64,000 nt of DNA from Podarcis tiliguerta (Eukaryota): NCBI GenBank assembly GCA_965153285.1, contig OZ229117.1; one strand, given 5' to 3'. The position numbers and the translations under genes are program-made. The number at the start of each line of letters is the position of its first letter. Within the stretch, counting starts at the first letter, position 1. Positions 61,909-64,000 of the stretch are shown here, in pieces. The notes below the pieces were generated by a model. It saw only the letters and a list, made by a program, of their open reading frames with translations. It was not told the origin of the DNA and did no database searches.

Positions 61909-64000
61909 AGAGATCTTGCCCCTCGCTTGCAGCATGAGATTATTATAGCTAGAGGCCACCGGGCAGGGTTAAAGCAGGATGCAAAGCAGGTGTTTTGCCA
62001 CTGAGTTTCAGCCCCACCCCAAAGTGTACAAGTGTCCTCCCTACAAATGTGAGATATGGAAGGAACCAACTCAGATCGTCCACCCTTGCACACACACAAA
62101 CACACAAACCATTCATTCCTCTTGGGCATCAGAGTCATCAAACTCTGTTGACGCACACACAGGGCCAAGCTGTTGACTCATCCCAAATATCAAACAGTAT
62201 TTCAGGGCAGAAGGGTGGCCTGTCCCAACAAGGCTGACAGGTGTCAGCCGAAAGGGAGCTGGCCACGGCAAACACAACACACGGCGCGGCTCAAGTGGCA
62301 GATCCTGGCAGAGCAGGTGGGAGGTGTGCCTATTGTCCAAAGGGGAGGGGAGGAGAGGGGACGGCTGCTATGCACAGGCCCAGGCTGAGTGGAAGACCCA
62401 GGCTACATGCATGCCACATTTTTAAAGCACATTCCCCTTCCAAAAGAATCATGGGAATGGTAGCGTGTCCCTCGCAAAGCTGCAGTTCTCAGCACCCTTA
62501 ATGAACTACAGCTCCCAAGATTCTGTGGCTGTGTAGACTGCGCGCATGGCCAGCTTAGAAGGTTGTTCTTTTTCTCAGTTTGGGTCAAAGCTGGTTTGTG
62601 GGGAAATGCATCAAAATTCAGCATTCCCTAAGAAACAGCAGGATAGATATGGAATGGCAGATATAAATATTGCTAATGCCATGTGTACACTGCTTTGCAA
62701 TACAGCGGTGGGGACAGGGCCGGATTTAGATGAAGAGAGGCCCTAGGCTACTCACTTGTGAGCCCCTCCCCATCCCTCACCCTCACAACTAGAAGAAAAC
62801 GGAAGAGTGATGATGGGGTATTAAAATTCTGCAATTCACAATTTCTCCTTTAAAGAACACAAGATATCATTGTTAAATACCATGGAGATTTTTTAAAAAT
62901 GCATAAAATTAACACTGAAAAACTGGGCAGGCCAGGTCTTCTCTTTATTTCCATAACAAGTTCTTGAGTCTGTACTCTGAATAGTGACACCAGGGACCTA
63001 GAAGGTGCAGGGCTTGTCAGTCCAACCCCTGCAGCGTCTCCTCAGGGCTGACCTTAAGGCAATTGGAGCAATTTGGCCAAACTGAGCCCCGCGTGCCACT
63101 CCTAAGAGGCCCCTGCACCAGGGCAATCTAGATGGATTTTATTTATATAAGATTTTGCAGACTTTGGCTGTGAACTGGGGCCCTACAAGCAAAAATTCAA
63201 GTTGCCCCCACTGCTTCAAATTGGGCCTCACTGGCTAGCCCTGAGTCTCATAGTTGCTGGGCTTGAGTTGCCCTGCCCTTGCATGAAGTCTTGGGTTTAC
63301 ACTTTTGGGAGAGGGGAGACTGCGGCATTGGGGAGCGGGCAAGCTGGCGAGGGCCCCTAGAAGGCTATGTCCCATCCCTTGTTGTACCAATGATCCAGCG
63401 TATGGTAAGTCCTTTTGAGTCTTTCCAATTTATTTATCTTTAACCAGTGCATTTGTCCCCTGCCCTTCAGCCAAAAAGGCTCCCAGACTGGCTTACATGC
63501 AGGCAGTTAAAACAAGGCAGCCCCTGCCCACACAGGCTTGCAATCTGTAAACCAACCAACCAACCAAACAGGGCACAGGGAAGGAAGGGGGGGGAGAGAC
63601 TCAGGCACCAATTCTTAAACAATTCTTAAAGCTGGCACAGTTCAGGCTTCCCCTTCAGCAGCCAAGATTACCCTTTTTAGGGGCTATTAAATGCTGGGCT
63701 ATTAACATTCTAGAAAACCCATTAATTGCTTGTAAGTATCAACTTGGTTTGCTCCTATATGCAGATTTAATGGTGCAAATTCTGGTGTCGCTGCTATTGC
63801 AGCCTTTGTTTTTCATTTCTTTATTATTTCTGCAAAGGCTAACTTGTTTCTAACATCTGAGTTTATTAGTAGTTTAATTTAGAACACTTGTAGCTTTTGA
63901 TTACTAAGTGGTATATAAATCCTGTTAACTTAATACTATAAAATAAACAAATGCCGCCAAGCCTTTAATACCCACCAAGGGCTAGGAAAGAGAACTCACA

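Noticed and set aside
1-64000. CRISPR array, operon, miRNA or endogenous non-retroviral virus
   Set aside because: No regularly spaced repeat-spacer array, no prokaryotic gene structure, and no mature miRNA or viral protein motif that I recognise; recurrent sequences are dispersed TEs

Overview
Non-coding vertebrate genomic DNA, almost certainly from a squamate reptile and probably a lacertid lizard, judging by Sauria SINEs, a BovB/RTE fragment, tRNA-L2 and tRNA-CR1 SINEs, and CR1/L2 relics. I can support no intact protein-coding gene, rRNA, tRNA or CRISPR array. The listed ORFs are chance or repeat-derived. The window looks like a large intron or gene desert with two kinds of sequence alternating. 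(1) TE-dense blocks: CR1, L2, BovB, four SINE families, hAT- and Tigger-type MITEs, three unrelated solo LTRs, and a heavily decayed Ty3/gypsy pol relic at about 24.5-26.7 kb. (2) TE-free islands rich in homeodomain, POU, TCF/LEF and bHLH motifs, which look like candidate developmental or neural enhancers. Highlights are two three-layer TE nests resolved by their target-site duplications (TSDs), a split (10-nt spacer) REST/RE1 site, a strong CTCF match, the cryptic gypsy relic missed by the ORF track, and a possible promoter/first exon at about 0.8-1.5 kb. I see no evidence for a wholly new biological system. Family names were assigned by eye from remembered consensus motifs, with no database search.
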